NCBI GenBank assembly: GCA_964358175.1
Contig: CAYHOI010000002.1
Location: 1 to 48,216, forward strand
Direction of reading: 5' to 3'
Length of the DNA: 48,216 bases
Source of the DNA: an uncultured Candidatus Marinamargulisbacteria bacterium
GTDB lineage: Bacteria > Margulisbacteria > Riflemargulisbacteria > GWF2-35-9
Shown: in pieces, positions 9,911 to 19,600 of the stretch
Layout of the letters: every line of letters begins with the position of its first letter
How positions within the stretch are numbered: position 1 is the first letter of the stretch
The notes under the pieces: generated by a model
The model's input: only the letters and a program-made list of their open reading frames with translations
Told to the model about the DNA's origin: nothing
Databases searched by the model: none
Made by a program: the position numbers and the translations under genes

Positions 9911-12900
9911 TTAGATGAAAGCTCCATCGCCCAGTTCCCTGACCCTGACTGCTTCATCATAGTTATAGCTGTATTTTTGCCTGACCGTCGTATTGGTAGC
10001 TACGCTCTGAATCGTGCGTTCAGTCATTTCAGCAACCTTGCCGTCACGACCCACAAGGGAGGGTAGATATTCTTTTATCAATTTCTGATCCACAAGGTAG
10101 CTTGGAATTTCATGCTCACTGTCTTTTGCGCCACGCAGAATGTAGCCGACAGCAGTTGCCATCAAGTCTTCTTGAGTCTTGGCGTCAAGATCTTTAAGAT
10201 TTGTGCGTTTCACGGCATTGTTAGCATCCGTCGACTCAACGAAAATATCCTCGCCTGCCTTCGTCAAATTGGGAATAATCACTGTGTAGGATTGGGCTGC
10301 TGATTTCCTGTTGGCTAAATCTTTCCCAGTAATTCTTAGCTTAAGCTTACCATCTGATTCCTTTTCTATCGCCTTATCGACCGTCAGCTCAAAAGGTTGT
10401 AGCGGAGTTTTATCGATAAGTCTCTTCTCTAGGAATTTCTGTACATATGCGGTTTTAGCAAGTTCTTTGTCTAGTTTTTGCAAAGACTTCTCCTTCGACT
10501 TTTTAAGTGCCTTGGCCAAGGGGTTGGTCTCAATCATTCCGAGGACGTATCGGTTTTTCTTCGTTAAATCTTTCTTAAGATTACTTAGCGGGATCTCGAT
10601 GACGCCGAGTTCCCCTTTGAGTCCGCTATGGTCAGCGGTTAGAAGAAGTTGTGTTAAATGAAGCGTTTGTTCGGCAGGTTCCCGAAGGATTCTTTCGATG
10701 AACTGGTTGAGGTTTTGGAGTTTCACGAGATCCATTCCCGCGATGGCGTCGAAATTTGCAGAGAATTCAATTGCTTTCTCGGATTTAAGGTTTGCAAGAT
10801 TCCTACTAAAATGTTCGAGTTGTTGGTACGCGTCCTCTTTCTGATTTTCAGAATAGCAGAAATTTACCCCTAGGTTACACAGTGTGATGAGACCATTTTT
10901 TGTTTCGGGCAGATTGAGCTTATCGAGGGACTCTTCCATAGAGCGACTTACAATCGGCTTATCTGGCACGGTCAACACTTTCGTTTGGCTCGATGCATGA
11001 AGATCGGTGATTAAATCGGGGGATAAGCTGAGTGTTTCCTCTGAAAGGGTTGTGTCACCTGAAAACATGGAAAAGAACCGTTCTCCATCCATTTTTATAA
11101 CCAGATTACAAATGGCAGGATCAATGTGGCTCTTCCCGACCAAGTAATCAAGAAACTTCATAAATTGATCGATTCGAGGCCTATTTGGGGTCATTAACCA
11201 TTGCAGTTGACTTCTTGAAAGGGTCATTTCTATCCCGGCATTGAAAAGTGCATTAAGGGATTGCCGTAGCCGAGGCAGTTGCGAAATGTTCTCTGGATAG
11301 GCAATTTCTGTTAATTCCAACAGAATCTCTTTTCCTTCCAAGCTTTTTTCATCTCTTCGGTTTTGGTGAAGGGTGGCCATCGATGAAAGGAAGTCCTTGA
11401 ACTTCTCCTCCCTGTCTTCAGGCTCACTCAAATTTGCCACATCAACTAAGAGTTGCTTGAGATCTTTCTTTGAAAAGGACAAAGTGTCTCCCACAAAGTT
11501 TGTTTCTTTCTCGGCAAGATTAATGGTCTTGACCTCGGTGAGTTTTAAGGCTACGAGGTTCTCTTTCATATATTTGAGAAAATCACGAAACGTCTCCTTG
11601 CCCTTAATAATCTTGTCAATAAACTTTTTATCGGAGGGTTCGTTCATGCAAACCTGTATCGTGGTTTTCCCTGAGAATTCAGAGAGGTTGCTGATCGTTT
11701 CCTCTTCAATTTTGGTCTGAGGATAAGCTTTTTTATTGGGTATAAATATCTTATAGTTATCCTCGAATCGGCTTACCAGTGTGCGGTCAAACAGGGTAAC
11801 GTTGGTGCCGGGTCTGGTTCGTTCAGAATAATAAAAAAACATGGGAATAAACGAACCGGGGGCGGGAATAAGGGAGAATGTTAATGAGCTTTCTTTGCCT
11901 CCAAAATAATTTTCGCCCCTAGGGATCACAGTCAGTCCTCCTTCAAATAGACTTAAATAGACGCTGGAATATTTCGTGAAATCCTTTGACGTTGTTTTAA
12001 GTCCGAATCGTGTTCCCGCATCAGCGGTGATATTTGGAATCCAATCCTTAATCATTTTTGGAAAAATCAGCGCAAAGAATTTGTCGATAGACTCGTGCTT
12101 TAGCTCCACACTAGCACTGCCCCACGCTCTTAGAATATTAATGCCAGCTTGCACATGTAATTCTGTGTTCTCACTAAGATCTTTTGAATATTCTCCCTGC
12201 CAGCCGGGGCCAAACCCATTTTTGGAGAACGGATTAACATCCAGTGAAAGCGAATTTATCAGCCATCCATTGCCAAGCTTGGCACCATGGGTGTAGCTTA
12301 ACCCTATCAGTGTATTTAGGAAGCCTGTGCCTTCGATCTGGAAACAGGCCTGCAAAGCAGCGTAAAGCCGGATATTGTCATAGACAGAAGCGGGAATATT
12401 ATCGACCTGTACCCCTTGAGCCTGAAGATTAACTTTGATGGATTCTAGCAGTTGCAGAAACTTGTCAACCTCCTCCGTGGTTTTCAGCTTGAGAGCGGCA
12501 CGACTTTTTTCGGATAGCTTCAGATCCTTTCCTTCGAACCCAAATGCCTTCAAAAAGGCATTTTCTGGATCGTTTATTCCAAGTTCTGATAGGAGTTCTG
12601 TAACCGTGTAGGCACAATGTGCCGTTCCAGTTAATAAGGCACTATCAATTGTTGGTTTAACTTGATCAGCATCCTTGGCATCCGATGAAAATCGACTGAG
12701 ATAGTAAGAGATGGCCGAAGAGAGCTTTATGTGTGGAGAGAAGTTGTGTTGCAAACCAATAGAGAGTGTATCGCCGGTTGTTTCGGAGCCGACAGGGGTT
12801 CCTGTGCTATAAGAATCATGGCTCATACCAACCACCAGATCCGTCTTTTCGTCGAGGGGTCGCAGAAATTGAACAAATTCCGTTAGTTCCCTGTTTTCCA

Positions 12901-15900
12901 CGTCCTGTGCTGATTTGAGTCGACCACCAACACTCAAGACGCCCCCCCACATATTCTTCACATCGGCTTCGAATTCTTGTGACACGGAGGGAGAATACAC
13001 GATATTTCCCGTGCTATCGAAGAAGAGTCCTTTTGTCTCTGCCGAGAGACCCACCTTGAGAGCGAAATCATTATTCTCATAACCCAGCGAAATATCCGCG
13101 CTCCCATAAGTACGTTGATCTTTCTGGGAAAAAACAGAGGACTTCCCCTGAACAGGTGGCGGCGGAACTCTTCCAAACCAGCCATACCAAGGGGCAATCT
13201 GCTGTATAAGGGTTGCCGGAGCTAGCCCGATAGCAAATTGTTCATTCCTTCGGTGTGCACCTATCCCAACCCCAACACTGAAATCGTTGCCCAGCGACTG
13301 GTTGCGAGAAAGGGTCAGGGATTGGTTGCTTTTCGTTTCCCCTCGCGCTAAGTTAACTGCAACGGTCGAGGTATGATCGATCTCTTTACTGTCAAAAGCT
13401 ATAGTCAGGTCAGCCTCTGAGGTAGCACCGAAGGGGTTGGGTTCTTTCCTGTCGCCTATTCTTACTGTGCTTCGGCTTACCGTAGCGGGGCCGACTTTTT
13501 CATCCCCAAGAAGATAATTGTTTTCTGCCTGAAGGCTGAAACGTAGACTTTCCCCCTCACCCAAGCCAAGGCTGGATTGAAAGCTACCCCTGTCTTTTAT
13601 GAACATAAGCTGGTTATAGCCAAGGGGGTTTTCTCGCCATTTCCACATCGTGCCATCTTTTTGCAGGGCTACTGCGGACAACTCAGCATCACTGTGACCA
13701 AAGTTTAATGAGCCAGTGAGGTAGTTATATTCCAGAGTTTTGTCGTTTAGCTCCTTGGAATGGGGATGTGTTGTCTGCAAAACGCAGATGCTGTCGAGTT
13801 CCCCCTCGGGATCTGTAAGTCCAATAGCCGCAAGCCAGCACGACGTATTGGTTCGCTTACGGGTCTCGCAGATGAATTGGCTGAGATCTTCCTCGTCTTT
13901 TTTGTTATAAGAGACCTCATATACCGAAATATCGTCATGGTGGATATCAACCATCTGAACATGCAAGGTGGCACTGACATCATCTTCAGGGGATTGATCC
14001 GTGGAAAGGATGAGCTTCAGGTGGGTAGCCTCCTCATGGAATCCTTTGTCACGAAGCAGCTGAACGTTCAGGGCGTACTGTAACACGGCTAAATCGTGGC
14101 AAGCACCACTCTTTGACTGAATGGTTTCTTCGGGAGTTTGCCAGTAGGGACGAAGATCCCTTAGATAGCGATAGTTTGAGAGTACATATTTCTGGACAGC
14201 GTCTTTAATCTCACTGGCAGAAGGGTTGGGTCCAAGACTCTTGGAAATCTCAGCTTTTTCATTTTTTAGATCGGAGGCGAGAGCATTTCCGAGAAATTCC
14301 GGAAGATTTACTTTATTATTTCCTGAGTCTACAGTTGACAAGTTGAGCTGATCGTCCGGCAGGATAACATGAGGTGAACTTAATTCGAGTATTTTCCCGT
14401 AATTATCCAGCAATGAATCATCCCGTGTGTATTTTTTGTGCTCTGGCTTAACTCGACCTTCGGTGGTAAAAGTCCCATCGCCATGTTTATCAATGATGGC
14501 AGTGAGATTTCTCCAATCTTCTAATATCTCGGGCGTGAGGATTGCCGAGTGTTCTGGTTGTAGTTTTCTGGTGATTTGACTCTCAAGGTCACTCAATTGA
14601 GTCCTGCTTCGATCAGAGAGCATATCGGTGGCACCCAATATAGTGGCGATGAGCTGGATCTTAGCCACCTGGGATCCGGTGTGAACGCCTATTGCAGGCA
14701 CCGTATTATTGACGTAGTCGCTAAGGCTTGATTCCTGTCTGTATTTATAAGCAAGATTCATCTTTTTGAGCGACGGATAGTTCGCGATTTTTTCGGCAAC
14801 GGGTGTGATGTTTGTTCGTTCAATCATCTTTTGCAGGGAATAGGTCGAAATATCTGGCTGAACAATCTTACGAACACCTTCCTTGCCAAACAAAAAGCTT
14901 TTGAGCAGGGTGTTAAGCCGATCAGGAGCCTCTATTGCCATGCTTCTGATCGTTTCAGACATACAATCGGGATGGCGACTTTGAAGCTGGAGGTAAAGCA
15001 GTTCTTCCTTCGCATATAACCAGGCTTCCTGATGAATAAAGGCATGAGAAACTGGATCAGGGGAAGACAGACTGATCATTCGCTCAAGTAGTGCCTGCTT
15101 TCTGTCCATTATAGAGCTCAGTGGCCATTCTATTTTATCGGAGGATTTCAGCAGGATATACCACGTTTTCAGAGCATCAATATCTGTGACGTCATTCAGC
15201 CTTCGAGTGAGTGCTTGAGCTGGGTCGAATCGATGGAGCAAAACCCTGATTTTATCGCCCCAAAGACTTCCATGAGGGGATCTTTCTGAGTTCATTTCCT
15301 TGAATAGGGTTTGCAAGTTTCCTGCTGTTGTCTTGTATAGGTCGCTGGGGATCAGGTCTTTGAGTTCCGGATCGCTGACGTCCTCGCCCTTCGTGATTTT
15401 CATAAGCGTCGAAAATTGATCAGCTCCATTTTTCTTGAGCTGGTAGGTATAGAGGAGAAGATCCTCCCATTCGTTAAACAGTTTCTCATAATTGCGCTTT
15501 TGCGGCTCTGCTAGATCTTTACTTAGAATATCCTCGATGGTACGCCAGACGTTTTCTGTTTTGGCTGAGCACCTTTTCTCCACGTTGGTCAGTGATGCTT
15601 GCTCAACTCCTAGACGTCTGAACAGGTAGTCCTCCAATGGAAGCCTAATCTGCTGAAGGAAGGCATGTAGTTCAAGTTCTTTTGGAAAAAAGAATGCTGG
15701 ACTACTGGCTTTCAGGGCATTAAATTTAGAGAGAAGAGCCTGCCCCAGCTGATAGGTTAGTTCCGGAAAGCGGTTTTGCCGACTGACCTCCTTCGTGGCC
15801 TCGTAGAGTTTATTGAATTCCCTCAGACTGTCCGATGCACTCGAGGACGAATGCGTATACAGGTAGAGAGCGTTCAGGATGTTTTTATTTTCATTTATTT

Positions 15901-16591
15901 CAGCATTGGCTAATAGATCAGGTGGCAGGGTGATGTCCTCCCCATTAAGGCGCATCTCAAAATAGAGACTGAATAGCTGCTCCTTAATCCCGTTTGCCCA
16001 AGCCAAATCTATATTCGGGTTACTTTTAGCTCCCTTTTCATGTGTAAGAATCTTCACAATACCGTTGATTTTCGATTGAACAAAAGATCTTCCATCTTTA
16101 CGCTTATAAGCCATTTTTGCTTCCAAAACCAGAATTTCTGCTTGGGTGTAAACGGCCAGGGGTGTCACGTCGGAGATTCGTGTCCCATTGAATAATTTAA
16201 GGATCGTATTTAGTTCGAGAATCTTCTCTTGTGCCTCTTGATATTTGCCAAAAGTGACATTTTTTTTAGCAGCAGCTATGAGATCCTGTATGATCGCCTC
16301 CTTCACTTGGTCTAGCAAGGCATCTGCTGAAAGATCGGGGTCTAATCCCAGAAGGCTGGCAAGATGCGCCAATACCTGAAGGTGAAGCTTGTCGAGGCGA
16401 GGGTGATTTGTCCAATAGGATGGCCGTATTTGAGAAAGTGCATCAAGGTAGTCGTTCTTAAACAGTAAGATTGCATTTTGCACATTACTTTCTGCAAGAA
16501 CTTTTCTGGCAACTTGATCGTAGGAGCTCAACTTAGATACAGTTGAGTCAAATGGTGCTCTACCTTTGGCTTGCACAGGTCCAACGATCAT
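9911..16591 (-). CDS. Giant protein A, 2226 aa, unknown function. It has a helical N-terminal third, a BTLCP/transglutaminase-like Cys-His-acid motif, a large beta-strand-rich central region and a helical C-terminal third.
   Basis: Uninterrupted 6.7-kb ORF. Strong SD AAGGAGGT (16596..16603) lies 4 nt (ATTT) before the ATG (5 nt from the GGAGG core). No family is recognisable along the full length. The local motifs are described in the findings. Confidence 0.9.
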   Translation of the reverse strand: MIVGPVQAKGRAPFDSTVSKLSSYDQVARKVLAESNVQNAILLFKNDYLDALSQIRPSYWTNHPRLDKLHLQVLAHLASLLGLDPDLSADALLDQVKEAIIQDLIAAAKKNVTFGKYQEAQEKILELNTILKLFNGTRISDVTPLAVYTQAEILVLEAKMAYKRKDGRSFVQSKINGIVKILTHEKGAKSNPNIDLAWANGIKEQLFSLYFEMRLNGEDITLPPDLLANAEINENKNILNALYLYTHSSSSASDSLREFNKLYEATKEVSRQNRFPELTYQLGQALLSKFNALKASSPAFFFPKELELHAFLQQIRLPLEDYLFRRLGVEQASLTNVEKRCSAKTENVWRTIEDILSKDLAEPQKRNYEKLFNEWEDLLLYTYQLKKNGADQFSTLMKITKGEDVSDPELKDLIPSDLYKTTAGNLQTLFKEMNSERSPHGSLWGDKIRVLLHRFDPAQALTRRLNDVTDIDALKTWYILLKSSDKIEWPLSSIMDRKQALLERMISLSSPDPVSHAFIHQEAWLYAKEELLYLQLQSRHPDCMSETIRSMAIEAPDRLNTLLKSFLFGKEGVRKIVQPDISTYSLQKMIERTNITPVAEKIANYPSLKKMNLAYKYRQESSLSDYVNNTVPAIGVHTGSQVAKIQLIATILGATDMLSDRSRTQLSDLESQITRKLQPEHSAILTPEILEDWRNLTAIIDKHGDGTFTTEGRVKPEHKKYTRDDSLLDNYGKILELSSPHVILPDDQLNLSTVDSGNNKVNLPEFLGNALASDLKNEKAEISKSLGPNPSASEIKDAVQKYVLSNYRYLRDLRPYWQTPEETIQSKSGACHDLAVLQYALNVQLLRDKGFHEEATHLKLILSTDQSPEDDVSATLHVQMVDIHHDDISVYEVSYNKKDEEDLSQFICETRKRTNTSCWLAAIGLTDPEGELDSICVLQTTHPHSKELNDKTLEYNYLTGSLNFGHSDAELSAVALQKDGTMWKWRENPLGYNQLMFIKDRGSFQSSLGLGEGESLRFSLQAENNYLLGDEKVGPATVSRSTVRIGDRKEPNPFGATSEADLTIAFDSKEIDHTSTVAVNLARGETKSNQSLTLSRNQSLGNDFSVGVGIGAHRRNEQFAIGLAPATLIQQIAPWYGWFGRVPPPPVQGKSSVFSQKDQRTYGSADISLGYENNDFALKVGLSAETKGLFFDSTGNIVYSPSVSQEFEADVKNMWGGVLSVGGRLKSAQDVENRELTEFVQFLRPLDEKTDLVVGMSHDSYSTGTPVGSETTGDTLSIGLQHNFSPHIKLSSAISYYLSRFSSDAKDADQVKPTIDSALLTGTAHCAYTVTELLSELGINDPENAFLKAFGFEGKDLKLSEKSRAALKLKTTEEVDKFLQLLESIKVNLQAQGVQVDNIPASVYDNIRLYAALQACFQIEGTGFLNTLIGLSYTHGAKLGNGWLINSLSLDVNPFSKNGFGPGWQGEYSKDLSENTELHVQAGINILRAWGSASVELKHESIDKFFALIFPKMIKDWIPNITADAGTRFGLKTTSKDFTKYSSVYLSLFEGGLTVIPRGENYFGGKESSLTFSLIPAPGSFIPMFFYYSERTRPGTNVTLFDRTLVSRFEDNYKIFIPNKKAYPQTKIEEETISNLSEFSGKTTIQVCMNEPSDKKFIDKIIKGKETFRDFLKYMKENLVALKLTEVKTINLAEKETNFVGDTLSFSKKDLKQLLVDVANLSEPEDREEKFKDFLSSMATLHQNRRDEKSLEGKEILLELTEIAYPENISQLPRLRQSLNALFNAGIEMTLSRSQLQWLMTPNRPRIDQFMKFLDYLVGKSHIDPAICNLVIKMDGERFFSMFSGDTTLSEETLSLSPDLITDLHASSQTKVLTVPDKPIVSRSMEESLDKLNLPETKNGLITLCNLGVNFCYSENQKEDAYQQLEHFSRNLANLKSEKAIEFSANFDAIAGMDLVKLQNLNQFIERILREPAEQTLHLTQLLLTADHSGLKGELGVIEIPLSNLKKDLTKKNRYVLGMIETNPLAKALKKSKEKSLQKLDKELAKTAYVQKFLEKRLIDKTPLQPFELTVDKAIEKESDGKLKLRITGKDLANRKSAAQSYTVIIPNLTKAGEDIFVESTDANNAVKRTNLKDLDAKTQEDLMATAVGYILRGAKDSEHEIPSYLVDQKLIKEYLPSLVGRDGKVAEMTERTIQSVATNTTVRQKYSYNYDEAVRVRELGDGAFI

Positions 16592-16595
16592 AAAT

Positions 16596-16603
16596 ACCTC
16601 CTT
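16596..16603 (-). promoter_or_regulatory. Shine-Dalgarno AAGGAGGT for giant gene A
   Basis: The reverse complement of acctcctt lies immediately upstream of the ATG at 16591. Confidence 0.6.
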
Positions 16604-16651
16604 ATATAGTATATATCGGCACGAAATGTTGAAAATTTCATTTTATCCTCT

Positions 16652-19600
16652 TTACCTCTTTTCCTTGAGTCTTTTAATGTTTTGCTCAAGCCGAATGATC
16701 CTTTTGCGATGGGCACTGTCCTTATTACCTGTTTGTTTCATGAAACTCTTTGCTTCGACAAGGGCTTCTTCATAAAAGCCAATAGGGGCATCGAGTTTTC
16801 CACGTTGAGCCTCAAGATTCCCCTTCATTTCTTTGAAATCGATATGGGCTTCCCGATATTCGTTCAGGTAAATGTTGTTGTTTTGCGTTTTTGTTTTGGC
16901 TATCAGCGTATCAAGAACATCAAGGGCTTGAAGAGCCTCTTCGATCTTTTCTTCACGCTCTGTGGTCAGGCTGTTCTTGTCTTTCAGAAGGCTTTTCGCA
17001 TAGTTAAGAAGTGCCTGGAATAGTTCCCGCGAGTGGTTCAGTCTAGATGTTTCTTCCAGGTGATAGGCCACAAGCTCATCCTTAAGAACCATAAACAGTT
17101 TATTTGCTTCATCATACTTCTGTGTAAGAAGCAGAATCTGTCCGTAGGCGAGAAGTATATCAAAGCGGTGTTGCTGTAAGGCCAGATTGTAGTTAACTGC
17201 TAGATCCTCTGGAGTCTCAATGCGAAAGGTCTCTGCATTTAAGTAAAGCCCCTGCGTAAGCACCCCAAGGGCAGATTGAACATCCAGTTCCTGGCCTGAC
17301 GCCAGAAAGATCGAAGAACCACTGATGAGCGCGGCGATCCGAAGATCCCAGTTTTCGCATTTCCTATTTGAAAATTCCTGTAAAAGTAGCGTTACGGTGG
17401 ACTCGGCCTCTTGAATGTTTCCACAGGCTTTTTCCAGATTTGATTTCTGCAAAAGGCTGGCCAGATATATCGAGTCTAACTCGGTTCCTTGCAGAACCAA
17501 CTGGGCGTTTTTATTTTGCTTCGTTATGAACGCGGTGACAACCTCTAAAAGTTTTTTAGCACTGGAAAGATTGCCCATCTCCTGTTGCAGGGTTGCCATG
17601 TTCAACAGGGACTCAATGGTGAGCAATAGCGTTTCACGGCGATTGGAAAGGATATCATTCTTGATGTCCTCTCGGGTTTGGTTAATCTGGGTTTGCAATT
17701 GAGCGTCTCCCGCGTCAAGAAGCGTCTTCAAAACATCCGGATCATCCATGAAGTGGACACATGCTTCGGTTATCGTCGCGAGAAGGGGATTTGAGGCCTT
17801 CATCCAGTTGACTGCTTTTCCCGTTTGCTGATTTGCCATAAAAATTCGGGATCTATATAGCGTGACAGTCTGGTCAACTACCCGTTTGAGATTTTGCCAT
17901 TCTTTGGAATCTTTCCGGTCAGGGGGCAATCCGATTTCAGACAGCATTTCAGTGGCCTTTGTCAAATTCCCTTGTTGAATCTCAATATCCACCTGGGCAA
18001 GCGACGAAGAAAAATACTCTCTGTAATCACCAGCTGAAATGACGGTTCCATCTGATTTCACCAGTTCATAGAGGATGTATTCCCTTACCGATTGATACGT
18101 TTCCCACGCTTTATCAAATTCAAGCATTCTTTTTTCCATTGCTCCACGGAACATATCCGCCTCAAAGGTTTCTTTTGTGAACGTGACGGGGGATGTCCCC
18201 ATTTTGCCTTTGATAACTGTCTGATCGTAAGCTTCTCCGGAATAGGCTGACTGCTGAGAAGCCAGGGGAAGGAGTCTTGCCAGTTGCGCATAATCGCTAT
18301 ATTTTCGGTCTATGAGCAACTCCATGCTGTTTTCCAGAAAACGCTCGGAAGCGCGCTTGGAATCTGCCTGTTCTATTTTCCCATAAAGCTGACAAAGAGA
18401 GGTGTAGGCCGCGACGGCTTGGGTCTTAAATCCAGGGGAATCGTTCTTTTCGTGCTCGATGCTGTCCAAAATATCATGAAACAAAACATCGGCTTGTCGA
18501 AAGACTATGCCGTTCTCAGTGGTTTCTGCCTTGGCAGAATACAATCCACCCAGTCCGATTCTGGCCCAGTTGAGCTGAATCAGATAGCGAACCCTGATAT
18601 CGGGGTCTTTGGCCTTCTCAACTTCAGGAGCCGTATTTTTAATAATCTCCCCGTAGAGAAGGCGAGCCTCATCGAGCCGGTCGAGTCTGGTGAAGAGTGA
18701 GGCAAGCGTGAGCTGGTACTCGACCTTGATGTACGCTGAAGCGTTTGGGAGTTCTGCCTGAATGAGGGCGATCATGTTGTCGAGAAGCTCTTGGGAGGAT
18801 TGAATCTTCTGTCCATTGACGATGAGCTCATCATGTTCATCAATTTTTTCTCCAGTCTCCCAAAGCGAGAGGAGAGCCAATATCAGAATCTGGGTGGACT
18901 GATCGTTTATGCGGGGATGTGAATAAGAGATCGACTGAAGCAGCTTAATCGTTTTAAGAAGTGTGTTTTTGGTCGAAAAATCGCTATTCGGGTCATGTTG
19001 AGCGATAGCCAGCTGGCTCTCTTTTCCAATGATAGTGGCACTTCGCAATTCAATATCTGCCTGTGTTTCTCCAGAATACGGACGATAAACTTGACCATGA
19101 ATTTTGATGCCTTTGTATTGATTTGTGCGATGTAGCTTGTCAGTCGCCAGGGTGTACTGGTAGAGGTGTTCCAGTTGGTCTGCCTGCTGTTTGAACAGGA
19201 CTCCTTTATCTTTGCTAAGTCCATGGTCTTGTGCTGAAATGCTGGCAACAAAAGGAACAACCTCCATAACCGAAGAGTCCGTGATGTGCCCACTGTCGGG
19301 TACTTTATCTTTTTTCCCGGGGCGAAGGAGTTCCGCCAATGCCAGAGCGTCATCAATGCTGTCGTCTGAGTCCATTTTGTGTAGGCTCGCTATGAGCTGG
19401 AACAGTCCGCTATAGCAAAGCTTACGGTCAAAGTCTATTTGATGTTCTTGTAGCTCATTAAGTTCTTTCAGACCAGCAATAGCGGATTGTTTTGCCAAAA
19501 GTATTTTCTCGTTCAAGGGAGATTGGTTTAGCACAGAGGCCTTAAGAAAATAAGCTTGTGCACGCTGAGCGTGAAAGATCTCTGGATTGACAAGGATCGA

